A stretch of 64,000 nucleotides of DNA from a virus (Duplodnaviria > Heunggongvirae > Uroviricota > Caudoviricetes): positions 40,203 through 104,202 of the IMG/VR virus record IMGVR_UViG_3300013121_000035. One strand, given 5' to 3'. Positions 10,517 to 19,854 of this stretch are shown in pieces (the first letter of the stretch is position 1; each line of letters starts with the position of its first letter). Below the pieces are notes generated by a model. The model saw only the letters and a program-made list of their open reading frames with translations, searched no databases and had not been told where the DNA came from. Position numbers and translations under genes: made by a program.

Positions 10517-10539
10517 CGCCGCCTTCGGCGGGGATCAGT
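10517..10539. terminator. GC-rich hairpin between convergent genes
   Basis: gcccgccg-cctt-cggcgggg forms an 8-bp perfect stem. It lies between the stop at 10505 (+) and the stop at 10549 (-). Confidence 0.5.
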
Positions 10540-10548
10540 TGGCCATGA

Positions 10549-10779
10549 TCAGGGCCGGACGGGGCACAGGTCGCTTGGCACCTTGTGCGCCGCCATCAGC
10601 TGGCAGATGCGCACCGCGTTGCGGTTGGCTTGCAGCTCAGCGATGTCGTGGCGCAACCGGGTCACCTGGTTGGCCAGCACGATCGTCTGGGCGACCAGCA
10701 CCATCGTGACGACCAGCAGCACCACCTGTGGCCAGGTGAAGCCGCGACGCTGGGTGTCAGACGAATCGGATGGGCTCAT
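10549..10779 (-). CDS. small single-TM membrane protein with C-terminal coiled coil
   Basis: Internal ATG (MSPSDSS...) gives 76 aa. TM segment VVLLVVTMVLVAQTIVLA is followed by an RLRHDIAELQANR region. The longer 114-aa track ORF has a low-complexity N-terminus. Confidence 0.4.
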   Translation of the reverse strand: MSPSDSSDTQRRGFTWPQVVLLVVTMVLVAQTIVLANQVTRLRHDIAELQANRNAVRICQLMAAHKVPSDLCPVRP

Positions 10780-10904
10780 GTCCCTTTGGTCGGGACTGGC
10801 CCTCGCGGAACTGAATCCGCAGCTGTCGTGGCTGTCGAGGCTCACATCACCAACTCGGCGTGTCGAATTGGACCTGCAGGGACCCACTCGCACAGGAGGC
10901 TCGT

Positions 10905-11288
10905 ATGACCGACGTCGCCGGCGTCCCCTCCGATCTCATCCGGCTGTCCGCCGTGCTTGGCACCGCCGTGCCGCTCGTTGCCGCCCTGGTCAAGCAGGAC
11001 CGGCTGTCCAAGCGCACCAACGCGGTCATCGCCATGCTCGTCAGCCTGGTCGTCGCGGGTGTCGCCGCGGCCGCTGAGGGCCACTTCACCTTCGGTGGCG
11101 GCTGGGACGATCTGATCGGCTCGTTCATCGCCATCTACACCGTCGCCGTCGCCACCTACAAGGGCTTCTGGCACCCCACCGGCATCGAGCCGGCGTTGCA
11201 GACCGCGACCAGCGCTGCGCCCAAGGCTGTCGACCCGACCGCCGCCGCTCGAACCACCGACGCTGACCGGACAATTTTCCCGCAATAA
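10905..11288 (+). CDS. putative holin-like membrane protein (3 predicted TM segments)
   Basis: ATG 10905 is preceded by AGGAGG (10893-10898). Three hydrophobic segments (AVLGTAVPLVAALV, AVIAMLVSLVVAGVAAAA, LIGSFIAIYTVAVATY) and a charged C-terminus. Lies at the end of the tail module. Confidence 0.45.
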   Translation: MTDVAGVPSDLIRLSAVLGTAVPLVAALVKQDRLSKRTNAVIAMLVSLVVAGVAAAAEGHFTFGGGWDDLIGSFIAIYTVAVATYKGFWHPTGIEPALQTATSAAPKAVDPTAAARTTDADRTIFPQ

Positions 11289-11295
11289 TCGCAGC

Positions 11296-11395
11296 GGAAA
11301 AAACCCTCGAAATATCCCAAGGGTTTTCCACTGCTGTGGACGGCAGGACCTGGCGCGGGGCGCAGGGAAGTCAACCGCTCCAGGCCAGGTCCTGC
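11296..11395. terminator. two hairpins after holin-like gene / before convergent minus-strand gene
   Basis: aaaaccct-N12-agggtttt forms an 8-bp stem. gcaggacctggc-N28-gccaggtcctgc forms a 12-bp stem. Both lie between the + gene stop (11288) and the - gene stop (11402). Confidence 0.45.
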
Positions 11396-11401
11396 GTCAC
11401 C

Positions 11402-11656
11402 TCATGACCGCGGCCACCACGCCGGCGGGGTCCCGCCCGACAGGTGCGCGTTGGCGCGGGCACTGCGCTTGGCCTCGATCGTGATCGTCAACGTCGCGGC
11501 GACGTCGTCCAGCTCGTAGGCGTTGACGGCCTGGCTGATCCAGTACCTGGACTGCGGGCGCATCTCATGCACCATGCGCGCCATCCGCATGGCCAGCTCG
11601 TCGTCTTCCAGGGGCTGCCGTGACAACGGCAGTTGCAGCTGGGGGTTGGTCGCCAT
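11402..11656 (-). CDS. hypothetical protein (84 aa)
   Basis: ORF from the six-frame track. Convergent with the holin-like gene. No recognisable motif. Confidence 0.35.
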   Translation of the reverse strand: MATNPQLQLPLSRQPLEDDELAMRMARMVHEMRPQSRYWISQAVNAYELDDVAATLTITIEAKRSARANAHLSGGTPPAWWPRS

Positions 11657-11889
11657 GCTCGCGCTCCTTCATGCCGTCCAGCAACAGCAAAGGGCCGGCC
11701 GCAAGGCGCGCCCAGTGTGCAGGAACGCCTCGAAGCCGGCCCTTGTCAGCCGCGCTGATGGTGCCTCGATGGCCGGCCCCGCCGGCCACCGGAATCTTGG
11801 ATGATTTCTATCCTGCGGGACGCCAGAGGATCACGTCAAACCCCCTGGACGAGACGGACAGATCGTCACGGCCGACCAGAGCGAGCCGG

Positions 11890-12216
11890 TCAGTCGATAG
11901 GGGTCCCGATCAGCCCGCCGGTGGTGAATGCCGCCTCCACCGGCCCGCGCCCCTCCGGGATCTGGATCACCAGCGTGCCGGTCGCGCCGGGCGCCAGCGC
12001 CGAGCGCGCCGCCCCCTTGGAGCGAGCACGCATCCGCTCGTAGACAGCGGCAAAGTCCGCAGCGGCCCGTGCCGAATCATCATCGGCCGGCTCAGCCCGC
12101 GGACCAGGTTCGATGCGGTCGCCAGACACGGCGCCACCCCCCTCAACCTGGATGAAAACGCGCCCGCTGGACGAGCGCACAAGAGTGCTGGGGGTTGTAC
12201 CACGCGCTGGGAACAA
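11890..12216 (-). CDS. hypothetical protein (about 108 aa, TTG start uncertain)
   Basis: Strong GC3 bias in the C-terminal two thirds (GGLIGTPID, GTLVIQIPEGRGPVEAAF). Lies in an otherwise intergenic-looking 800-bp region. Confidence 0.35.
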   Translation of the reverse strand: MFPARGTTPSTLVRSSSGRVFIQVEGGGAVSGDRIEPGPRAEPADDDSARAAADFAAVYERMRARSKGAARSALAPGATGTLVIQIPEGRGPVEAAFTTGGLIGTPID

Positions 12217-12264
12217 CGCGCAATACGTCAGAATCGGGCGAATCGGGACGTCCGATTTGGCCGC

Positions 12265-12295
12265 TTGACAGCCTGTCGGACCGGCGCGCTAGAGT
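12265..12295 (+). promoter_or_regulatory. sigma70/HrdB-like promoter TTGACA-N19-TAGAGT
   Basis: Exact TTGACA at 12265-12270 and TAGAGT at 12290-12295. Located about 165 nt upstream of the Cas4-like gene, at the start of the rightward early region. Confidence 0.45.
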
Positions 12296-12459
12296 CGCGT
12301 CCTCGGGGCACGCGGCACGGCCGGTGTCCCGGTCCAGGCGGCTCGGCCGCCCAACGGGCCGACCTCCATCCAGACTCGCCGCGGCGGGCTGGCCGGGGGC
12401 CGGCCCGTTGTCGTTTCCGGGGTGACGCCCGTTGCCATCGTCGACGTCGAGGGGGCTCG

Positions 12460-13374
12460 ATGCTCAGCGAACAACCCGTGCGCGCCATGCTGCCGCGCAA
12501 CAATCGCGGCGGCTACGTGTTCAGGCAGTCCACGATCGGCGCCTGGCAGCGGTGCGCGATGCAGGCCCACTACCTGGCCAGCGGCGCCCCCCGCGAGCAG
12601 CTGTCCGCCACCGCGTACGGGTCGGTCGTCCACCACGCGCTGCATGTCCTGGAACGCTACGGGGACCTCGACCAGGCGCTGGCTACGTTCGAGCACTACT
12701 GGCATCCGGACAACATCGGCGAGCTGTGCGACCCGGTCGACGTGTGGCTGCCCCGCCAGACGTACGGCGGGCTGCGCTCTCGCGGCCTGCGCGCTCTGCG
12801 CGACTACGCCGACCTCGCCCGCAGCGACGAAGCCGACATCCTCGCGTTGGAATACACCTTCACCGTCCCGATCACCGGGACCGACCATGACCTCACCGGC
12901 ACGGTCGACCGGCTCACCATCCGCAAGCAGCGCACCATCCCGTACCTTTCCCTCGACGACCATAAAACGGGCAAAAAGCCTGCCTATTTGCGTCATGCCG
13001 TCCAAGGCACCGCGTATTGCTACGCGACAACGCAGCGGGCGTTTTGGGACGGATTTGACGCGGCGCCCGTCCAGCTCCACAGGAGGGGCGAGCTGGACGG
13101 CGCCGCGTTATTCGAGCTCACCAAAACGTGGGCTCGCCGCTTCCGCTGGATCGACCTGATGCACATCGAGCATCACGACGGCGGCTGGCGCTCCGAACGC
13201 GACTACGCCCGGCTGCGGATGGCGGTCAACCAGATCGCCGCGTGCATCGACGCCGACATCTACCCCATGACGCTGTCGGGCGACACGTGCACCTACTGCG
13301 CGTTCCGCTCGATCTGCGGCGGGATCGGCATCGCCAGCGACGACGAAGGCGCCCCCACCAGGCGGCCAGCATGA
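12460..13374 (+). CDS. PD-(D/E)XK RecB/Cas4-family exonuclease
   Basis: ATG 12460 is preceded by GAGGGGG. Cas4-like DxK motif LSLDDHKTGKK, D in TVDRLT, and a C-terminal 4-Cys cluster (C-x16-C-x2-C-x5-C: CIDAD...CTYCAFRSIC). Confidence 0.65.
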   Translation: MLSEQPVRAMLPRNNRGGYVFRQSTIGAWQRCAMQAHYLASGAPREQLSATAYGSVVHHALHVLERYGDLDQALATFEHYWHPDNIGELCDPVDVWLPRQTYGGLRSRGLRALRDYADLARSDEADILALEYTFTVPITGTDHDLTGTVDRLTIRKQRTIPYLSLDDHKTGKKPAYLRHAVQGTAYCYATTQRAFWDGFDAAPVQLHRRGELDGAALFELTKTWARRFRWIDLMHIEHHDGGWRSERDYARLRMAVNQIAACIDADIYPMTLSGDTCTYCAFRSICGGIGIASDDEGAPTRRPA

Positions 13375-13586
13375 CCGCTCTCACCCGCGTGCGCACCATC
13401 GCCGCCTACCTGCTGGTCACCGCCGTGGTCACCGCGGTCGTCGCGCTCACCGTCGCCCAGGCCCGCCTCAGCCGGCCGCCACCACCCCTGCAGACCCCCA
13501 CCACCTCCACCCGTCCACTCAGCCCGCCACCAGCCGCCTCCCACCCGGCGGCCAGCGGGCACCACTGCCAGGGGTGCCACCAGTGA
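13371..13586 (+). CDS. small membrane-anchored Pro-rich protein
   Basis: ATGA overlap with the previous stop. N-terminal TM segment AAYLLVTAVVTAVVALTVA is followed by a Pro/Thr-rich tail ending HHCQGCHQ. Confidence 0.4.
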   Translation: MTALTRVRTIAAYLLVTAVVTAVVALTVAQARLSRPPPPLQTPTTSTRPLSPPPAASHPAASGHHCQGCHQ

Positions 13587-13801
13587 CCAACGACGACTTC
13601 CGTCTGCCGTTCCCCACCGAACCCCACCCCTACCTCGTCCTGATCGACGACGGCCGCCTGCTCACCCTCATGGCCACCCACGCCCTGGCCTTGCACGACG
13701 CGCTGCGCGAGCACCTCCACCACGACCCCGACACCCAACCCAGCGTCCACATCCAGCGCGCCTGGCGGATCGGCAACGAGGTCCACGTCACCGATGCCTA
13801 G
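13574..13801 (+). CDS. hypothetical protein (75 aa)
   Basis: Track ORF with a GTG start overlapping the previous stop. Confidence 0.35.
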   Translation: MPPVTNDDFRLPFPTEPHPYLVLIDDGRLLTLMATHALALHDALREHLHHDPDTQPSVHIQRAWRIGNEVHVTDA

Positions 13802-14045
13802 CCGACCCCAGCGCCACTGCTCCCACTGCCTGCGCAAACTCCCACGCCAGCCGATCACCATCGTCTGCGACGGGACCGCCAACTGCGTCTGCGCAGCCAC
13901 CGACGGCACCCACCGGGTATGCGACTGGGCGTGCGCGATCAGCTTCGCCGTCTCCCACTCCACCGGCGCCCACAGCCCACTGGACCACGACGCCCAAGCC
14001 GCCCGCGCCCGCGCCGCCCTACGCGTGGTCAAGGGGGCACCATGA
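13794..14045 (+). CDS. Cys-rich zinc-binding protein (83 aa)
   Basis: CSHC...C.C...CDWAC pattern. Overlaps the previous gene by 8 nt. Confidence 0.4.
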   Translation: MPSRPQRHCSHCLRKLPRQPITIVCDGTANCVCAATDGTHRVCDWACAISFAVSHSTGAHSPLDHDAQAARARAALRVVKGAP

Positions 14046-14206
14046 ATCCCATCAGCGACGCGCACTGGGACGCCTTCGTGCTGGAGGACCTCGCCCAACA
14101 CGCCGAGGAGTGGCTGCGCCCACCGCTCTTTCTGCCCTACAGCCTGGACCGCCTGCGCACCGCACTCACCAACGGCGCCCAAGCACTGCGCCGGGGCATC
14201 CCATGA
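14042..14206 (+). CDS. hypothetical small protein (54 aa)
   Basis: ATGA overlap at 14042-14045. High GC3. Confidence 0.35.
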   Translation: MNPISDAHWDAFVLEDLAQHAEEWLRPPLFLPYSLDRLRTALTNGAQALRRGIP

Positions 14207-14622
14207 CCACCCACAACGACCCCTACCAGCAAGCCGTCCACCAGCGACGCATCGCCGTCGGCCTGGACTGCCGGTTCTGCACCGCGGCACACCTGCCCGA
14301 CCCCACCAGCAACCAGCTCGGCCCCTGGCACGCCGGTGACCCCGGCACCAGCCGCGCCGCCGCACTGAACAACTACCCCCGCTCGGGCACCCAGCGTGCC
14401 CGGGTGCTGTCGGCCATCGCCGCCGCCGGCGACCACGGCGCAACCGACTACGAGCTCGGCCAGGCACTCGACCTCAAAGTCTGGGTCGCCGGCACCCGCC
14501 GCGGCGAGCTCATGCGCGACGGCTGGGTGCACGCCACCCCAACCACCCGTCCCACCGACTCCGGCAACGCCGCCACGGTGTGGACCCTGACACCCGCAGC
14601 ACGAGCCAAGCTCACCCCCTGA
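14203..14622 (+). CDS. hypothetical protein with winged-helix-like C-terminal region
   Basis: ATGA overlap start. RARVLSAIAAAGDHGATDYELGQAL resembles a wHTH recognition region. Confidence 0.4.
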   Translation: MTTHNDPYQQAVHQRRIAVGLDCRFCTAAHLPDPTSNQLGPWHAGDPGTSRAAALNNYPRSGTQRARVLSAIAAAGDHGATDYELGQALDLKVWVAGTRRGELMRDGWVHATPTTRPTDSGNAATVWTLTPAARAKLTP

Positions 14623-14689
14623 TCGGAGGACCACGCACAGATCGTGGTGCCGCGGCACGGCCGGGCACCAAGCACCATCAGCACGGCTG

Positions 14690-14752
14690 ACAAGGGCTGG
14701 AGCATCGCAGGTGAACCCCACCTGAAATGCCCAGCCCTTTTGCGTTCAGAAA
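14690..14752 (+). terminator. hairpin followed by T-rich tract
   Basis: aagggctgg-N27-ccagccctt is followed by ttgcgtt. Located between the 14203..14622 gene and the Sak4-like gene. Confidence 0.4.
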
Positions 14753-14764
14753 CGAGGGGAGAGC

Positions 14765-16150
14765 GTGCCACTGCAAATCCGCACCACCGGCATCGAGGAT
14801 TACCTTGGCGGCGACGCCAACATCAAAGCGTTGATTCTCGGCAAGCCCGGCGCGGGCAAAACTCTGTCCGCTAGCTATTGGCCCAAGCCGATCTTCGCTG
14901 ACTGCGAAGGCGGCCGTGCCTCCATCGCCCGCCGGCGCATCCCATACGCCGACATCAAAACCAGCGACGACATGCTCGCGTTCCTGCGGCTCATCAAAGC
15001 CGAGAACGGCAAGCCGAAAGCCGATCGCCGCTGGCTCACCGTCGTCATCGACACCCTCGACGCGTTCCAGCGAAAGCTCATGCAAGAACGCCTCACCGCC
15101 GAGAAGAAAGACTCCTTCTCCGGGTGGGCCGACTGGGGCTGGCTCGAAGCCAAAATGCTCCAGTTCCTTGAGCGGCTCATGAACCTGGACGCCAACGTCG
15201 TCGTCAACCTGCACATCAAGGAGGAAAAAGAAGGCGACGACGACAACAGCCTGCTCATCACCGCCCCGCACCTGAAGGGCGATATTCGCACGCAAATCGC
15301 TGCCGAATTCGACCTCGTCGGTGTCATGGGCAGCTTCTGGGAAGCCGAAAGCGGTGAGCGGGTCCTCAAGCGCGGCATCCGCTGGGAGGCCGACCCCAAG
15401 CACCCCATCGTCAAAGACCGCTTCGGGCTGCTGCCCAAGTGGACCGAAGTCGACTTCACCGAAGCGGACTACGGCCGGATCTTCACCGCGCTGATGACCG
15501 GCATGGAAGAACTCGACGGCGTCGCCAGCGAGCTCGTCGAGACCGTCCAGACCGACGCCGACCGGCGACCGCCACCCGTCAAGGCCAACCTGCGCGGCGG
15601 CCCCGTCCAAGCCAAGGCCGCCGCCAAACCGCGCCGCGCCGTGCGGCCCGAGCCAACCACCCCGTCTACCCCGGCGACCCCGCTGGCACCACCAGCCGGT
15701 GGTGCCAGTTTGGCGCCAACACCCCAACCCGCTGCGACCACCACCGCGACCACCACAACGGACGTCACCAGCGACGAGACGGCCGCGGCCGAGCCAACCC
15801 AGCCGGTCGGCGACCAACCGGCTGACGAGGCACCCGCCACACCCGAACAAGCCTTGCAGACCATCGCCGCCGCCGGCCTTCGACCGCAGGTTCTTTCTGT
15901 CAACCGCACCACCGAGGACACCGGCACTACACCCACCACCAACGGCACCAGTCCCACCCAACGCCACTGCGGCGACCCCGCCCGAGCAGGCGCCAAGGCG
16001 CAACGCGAAGGCTGCGGCAAGCCAGTGGACCCAGACCACGAGCTCACCAAGATCGCGTCGGTGCGCTGGCGGACCCTGCTGTGCCCCGACTGCTACGCCA
16101 CCAGCAAGCCCGCCGGCCGCAAGCCGGCGCAGACCGCGGACCAGAACTAG
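14765..16150 (+). CDS. Sak4-like AAA_24-family recombination ATPase with C-terminal Pro/Ala/Thr-rich linker and zinc-finger tail
   Basis: GTG start is preceded by AGGGGAGAG. Walker A is GKPGAGKT. The fold follows the Sak4/AAA_24 pattern (VVIDTLDAFQ, hhhh-NLHIKEE). C-terminus carries HCGD...C-x24-CPDC. The antisense 525-aa ORF is rejected. Confidence 0.6.
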   Translation: MPLQIRTTGIEDYLGGDANIKALILGKPGAGKTLSASYWPKPIFADCEGGRASIARRRIPYADIKTSDDMLAFLRLIKAENGKPKADRRWLTVVIDTLDAFQRKLMQERLTAEKKDSFSGWADWGWLEAKMLQFLERLMNLDANVVVNLHIKEEKEGDDDNSLLITAPHLKGDIRTQIAAEFDLVGVMGSFWEAESGERVLKRGIRWEADPKHPIVKDRFGLLPKWTEVDFTEADYGRIFTALMTGMEELDGVASELVETVQTDADRRPPPVKANLRGGPVQAKAAAKPRRAVRPEPTTPSTPATPLAPPAGGASLAPTPQPAATTTATTTTDVTSDETAAAEPTQPVGDQPADEAPATPEQALQTIAAAGLRPQVLSVNRTTEDTGTTPTTNGTSPTQRHCGDPARAGAKAQREGCGKPVDPDHELTKIASVRWRTLLCPDCYATSKPAGRKPAQTADQN

Positions 16151-16167
16151 GACAAGAGGGGGGAACA

Positions 16168-16608
16168 TGCCACGCGCAACCGTGGAAGAACCGGAGTTCG
16201 TACTCCTACCCGAAGACACCTTGCTGCGCTGCCGGCTCAACGCCGTCAACCCCAAGGAAGTGCCCTACCGGGACAAGAACACCGGCGAGCAGAAAACCTT
16301 CACCAAATGGGAGTGGGAATTCCAGGTCATCGAAGGCGAATTCGCCGAGAAGAAGATCTGGGGCGAGACCAACGACAAGCTCACCACCCACCCCGACAAC
16401 AAGCCGCGGAACTGGGCTGAGGCGATCCTCGGCCAAGAGCTTGACCTCGGCATGGAGTTCGACACCGACGACATCGTCGGGCTCATCGCCGACGTGACCG
16501 TCTACCACCACCACTACACCAAGAACGGCGAAGACCGCACCATCGCCAAGATCCAAGACGTCCTGCCCGCCGGCAAGCTCTCCAGCGCCGCCGACCCCCC
16601 CTTCTGAC
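16168..16608 (+). CDS. DUF669-like protein (Sak4-associated, putative ssDNA-binding)
   Basis: RBS AGAGGGGGG precedes ATG 16168. About 146 aa, acidic. Position immediately after Sak4 matches the common Sak4-DUF669 pairing. Assignment is by context and composition only. Confidence 0.4.
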
Positions 16609-16681
16609 CCGTCCCCGCACCACGCCCAGCCGGGATGGCAAAGCCCGGCTGGGCACCCCACGGTCAGAAGGAGCCGGTCAC

Positions 16682-17101
16682 ATGCAGCTCACGCACCCCG
16701 ATCCCCAGCCCGCACGCTTCCAGCTCCACCGCCACCGCAACCTCGCCAACCCCGACGCGATCGGCCTGGTCGCCTCCGGCTGCCAGTGGCCCGACGGCGT
16801 CGTCGCGTTGCGGTGGAACACCTCCACCCCGTCGGTCGCCATCTACGACTCGATCACCGTCGTCCAAGCCGTCCACGGCCACAACGGCGACACCGAGGTG
16901 CTGTGGCTGGACACGCCCTACCCGGTCGGCGGGTGGACCGCCAACCCCGAAGGCCCCGTCATCGCCGACGACGAAGACGGCGACCAGCACGTCCACGTCC
17001 CCACCCCCGGCGGCCCCAGCACCCCGTATGAAGACGCGCGCACCAACGAGCTCATCCAGGCGCGCCGCCGCGCCGCCGAATGGCGTGGTGAGCGGCAATG
17101 A
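16682..17101 (+). CDS. hypothetical protein (139 aa)
   Basis: ATG is preceded by AGGAGCCGG. Stop overlaps the primase-helicase ATG (ATGA). Confidence 0.45.
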   Translation: MQLTHPDPQPARFQLHRHRNLANPDAIGLVASGCQWPDGVVALRWNTSTPSVAIYDSITVVQAVHGHNGDTEVLWLDTPYPVGGWTANPEGPVIADDEDGDQHVHVPTPGGPSTPYEDARTNELIQARRRAAEWRGERQ

Positions 17102-19071
17102 GCATCGACCTGGTGGAGTACCTGGACCGCAAAGGCATCCCCCACTTCCAAGCCGCCGGCCCCGAGCTGACCATCCACTGCCCGTGGTGCCCGGACGGCA
17201 ACCCGAAGTACAAGGGCAAGTGCTACGTGAACACCGCCGACGCGGTCTTCTACTGCCAGCGCTGCCAGGAGACCGGCACCTGGCACAAGCTGGTCCGCCA
17301 GTTCGGCGACGACCCCGACCAGCTCACCGGCACCCCCGACGGTCCCGACCCGCACACCCGCCAGCAGGTCCTCACCGACGCGCTGCGCTACGCGGTCGAG
17401 CAGCTGGCCAACAACGAACCCGTCCTGCGCTGGCTCATGCGCGAACGTGGCCTGGACCCCGAGACGATCGTCGACGCCAAGCTCGGCTGGATCTCCCGCT
17501 CCTGGCCGCTCACCCCACACCTGCGCGAACGCGGCCACTCCTTGGCCGACATCCGCGCTGCCGGCCTGCTGGACTCCCGCGACCGTGACCTGTTCGCCGA
17601 CCACCTCGTCATCGCCTACCGCTCCCGCAGTGCGGTCATGCAGCTGCGCGCCAAGGCGATGGGCGGCAAGTACCTCACCGGCGCTGGCGAAGCGGTCCGC
17701 CTGTTCGACGTCGACCAGCTCACCGGCCCCAACGGCCCCCGCGACCGGGTCCTGATCACCGAAGGGGAACTGGACGCCCTCATCGTCGGCCAACACCTGG
17801 CCCGCAGCCCCGACCCTGCCCTGCGCGACCTCGGCGTCGTCGCGCTGCCCGGCGCCAGCGCGTTCCCCAAGGAGTGGGCCGACTACTTCCGCCACACTAA
17901 GCGGGTCTACCTCGGCCTGGACCCTGACGACGCCGGCCGCAAAGGCGCCGAGAAGATCCAAGCCGCGCTCGGCGCCAAAGCCCGCGTCGTCCAACTGCCC
18001 GCCACCAGCCCCAAGTGCGACTGGACCGAGCTGCTGACCAACCGCGGCGGTACCTGGCGGGAAGTCCGCGAGCTGCTCGCCAACTGCGGCGGCCGGCGGC
18101 TGTTTTCCGTCGCCGACGCCGCCGCCGCCTGGCGCAAGCAGCGTGCCACCACCACCGGCGTCAAGTTCGGCTACGCCACCATCGACGCGGCGATCCTGCC
18201 CGGCGTGCTGCCCGGCCAGCTCGTCGTCGCCCTGGCAAAGACCGGCGTGGGAAAGACGGTCTGGTTGTGCAACCTCGCCTACGCCATGCGCGAGCGGCGC
18301 GTGCTGTTCGTCAGTCTGGAGATGACCCGCGCGGAGGTCTACACCCGCCTGGCGCGCATCTACCGCTTCTGGCATCCGCTGGCCAGCGACGACGACATCG
18401 ACCGCGCGTACGCCAACCTCGCCATCTGCGACGAGAACCGCCTGGACGCCGCGGTCCTGGCCGACCTGGTCACCGAGTACACCGAGGAGTACGGCACCCC
18501 ACCCGAGCTGGTCTTCGTGGACTACCTCGGCTACTTCGCCCGTGCGATCACCGGCGTTGGCGCCTACGACAAGACCTCCAACGCGGTCATGGAACTCAAG
18601 GCGTTCGCCAAGAGCGCCGACCTCATCGTGCTGACCCCCGCGCAGGTCAACCGGATGACCAAGGACGGCAAGCCGGTGGAGTCCGACGCCGCCCGCGACT
18701 CCGGTGTCATCGAGGAAACCGCCGACTTCCTGTTCAGCCTCTACCGGCCTGATGACGCGGTCAACGAGGAGCTCGCCCCCGAGGACCGCACCCCCAGCGC
18801 CAAGGTGAAGCTGGAGATCCTGAAATCCCGCCACGGCGGCAAAGGCACGGTCGCCACCCTCACCTTCTCCGCCGCGAGCCTGGTTCTGGTCGACGCGGGT
18901 ACCGCCGCCGCTCGACGCGCCGAGGCCGAAAGCCACCAGATCTGGCAGGGCGCCACCTACGAGGAAGTCGCCGCCGCCGAACGCCGCCGGTTCCTCGCCG
19001 CCGGCCACCACCAACCCACGCTCCAGCACACCCAGCAGCCACTCACCCTCGTCCAAGGAGGCGCATCGTGA
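17098..19071 (+). CDS. bifunctional DNA primase / DnaB-family helicase (zinc-binding + TOPRIM + RecA-like helicase domain)
   Basis: N-terminal CPWCPDG...CQRCQ zinc motif. TOPRIM-like acidic cluster VLITEGELDALIVG and DPDDAGRKGAE. C-terminal Walker A AKTGVGKT and Walker B LVFVDYLGY. The antisense 815-aa ORF is rejected. Confidence 0.65.
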   Translation: MSIDLVEYLDRKGIPHFQAAGPELTIHCPWCPDGNPKYKGKCYVNTADAVFYCQRCQETGTWHKLVRQFGDDPDQLTGTPDGPDPHTRQQVLTDALRYAVEQLANNEPVLRWLMRERGLDPETIVDAKLGWISRSWPLTPHLRERGHSLADIRAAGLLDSRDRDLFADHLVIAYRSRSAVMQLRAKAMGGKYLTGAGEAVRLFDVDQLTGPNGPRDRVLITEGELDALIVGQHLARSPDPALRDLGVVALPGASAFPKEWADYFRHTKRVYLGLDPDDAGRKGAEKIQAALGAKARVVQLPATSPKCDWTELLTNRGGTWREVRELLANCGGRRLFSVADAAAAWRKQRATTTGVKFGYATIDAAILPGVLPGQLVVALAKTGVGKTVWLCNLAYAMRERRVLFVSLEMTRAEVYTRLARIYRFWHPLASDDDIDRAYANLAICDENRLDAAVLADLVTEYTEEYGTPPELVFVDYLGYFARAITGVGAYDKTSNAVMELKAFAKSADLIVLTPAQVNRMTKDGKPVESDAARDSGVIEETADFLFSLYRPDDAVNEELAPEDRTPSAKVKLEILKSRHGGKGTVATLTFSAASLVLVDAGTAAARRAEAESHQIWQGATYEEVAAAERRRFLAAGHHQPTLQHTQQPLTLVQGGAS

Positions 19072-19114
19072 ACAACCCAGGGGGGCCACAGGGGATGTCA
19101 CCACGAGGCCAGCA

Positions 19115-19423
19115 ATGACCGCCGCGGCACCACTGTCACCGCGGTTCGCCCGCGCGTGGGATGCACGCGCCGCCTGCCGCGACGTCGACGGCGAGCTGTT
19201 CTTCGCCGAGACCAAGACCGACGCGGACAAAGGCGTCACCGACGACGCCAAGACCGTCTGCCAACGCTGCGAAGTCCGCGGCCACTGTCTGCAGTACGCG
19301 CTGGTCACCAGACAGGAATTCGGGATCTGGGGGGGCATGACCTCCGACGAGCGCCGTGGGCTCATGCGCTTCTACGCTCGTCAGGACGCCGCCGCGCGAG
19401 CTGTCGCGCGGACAGGGTGGTGA
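19115..19423 (+). CDS. whiB: WhiB-family (Wbl) Fe-S transcription regulator
   Basis: Four Cys (CRDVDGELFF, CQRC, GHC), the GIWGG turn and a basic C-terminus together form the classic WhiB signature. Confidence 0.8.
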   Translation: MTAAAPLSPRFARAWDARAACRDVDGELFFAETKTDADKGVTDDAKTVCQRCEVRGHCLQYALVTRQEFGIWGGMTSDERRGLMRFYARQDAAARAVARTGW

Positions 19424-19854
19424 GGCGCCCGTCCACCCACGCCGAACTGTTCGACTACCTGCAAGCCAACTTCGGCCTGGGGGACTGGGACGACCACGAC
19501 CCCGACGTCGCCTTCTGGCGTTGGCGGCTCACCGGCATCGCCAAGCTCAAAGCGCAGCTGACCAGCCGCCAGCGCAGCGTCGCTGACGTCGTCGCCGCCG
19601 CCGAGTACGCCAAAGCGCACCGCCGCGGCGTCCCACACCTGCGCGCCCTGCTCGACCTGGTCCCCGAAGCGCGCCGCTGGCTGCGCCAGCGTGCTCGCCA
19701 AGCCGGCGCCGACACCGTCGCCCAAGCCGCCGCCGACGCGCTCGCCCTGGGCGAAGCCGGCTGGCATCAGCGGCTCATCCGCGCCCGCGGCGCCTACCGC
19801 ACCCAGGTCCTGGACGCCTGGAACGTCCACCGAGAGGAGGCCACCCGTGCCTGA
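19417..19854 (+). CDS. hypothetical protein (about 145 aa)
   Basis: GTG start overlaps the WhiB stop. High GC3. Confidence 0.4.
   Translation: MVRRPSTHAELFDYLQANFGLGDWDDHDPDVAFWRWRLTGIAKLKAQLTSRQRSVADVVAAAEYAKAHRRGVPHLRALLDLVPEARRWLRQRARQAGADTVAQAAADALALGEAGWHQRLIRARGAYRTQVLDAWNVHREEATRA

Noticed and set aside
11620-12459. N-terminal extension of the Cas4-like ORF (584 aa)
   Set aside because: The in-frame upstream stretch is Ala/Arg/Pro low-complexity and overlaps the promoter region. ATG 12460 has a proper RBS and gives a protein of typical Cas4 size.
14678-16255. 525-aa minus-strand ORF antisense to Sak4-like gene
   Set aside because: Low-complexity Gly/Ala/Val-rich. The sense strand has a Walker A motif and an RBS.
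16918-19365. 815-aa minus-strand ORF antisense to primase-helicase
   Set aside because: Antisense shadow ORF. The sense strand carries recognisable zinc-binding, TOPRIM and Walker motifs.
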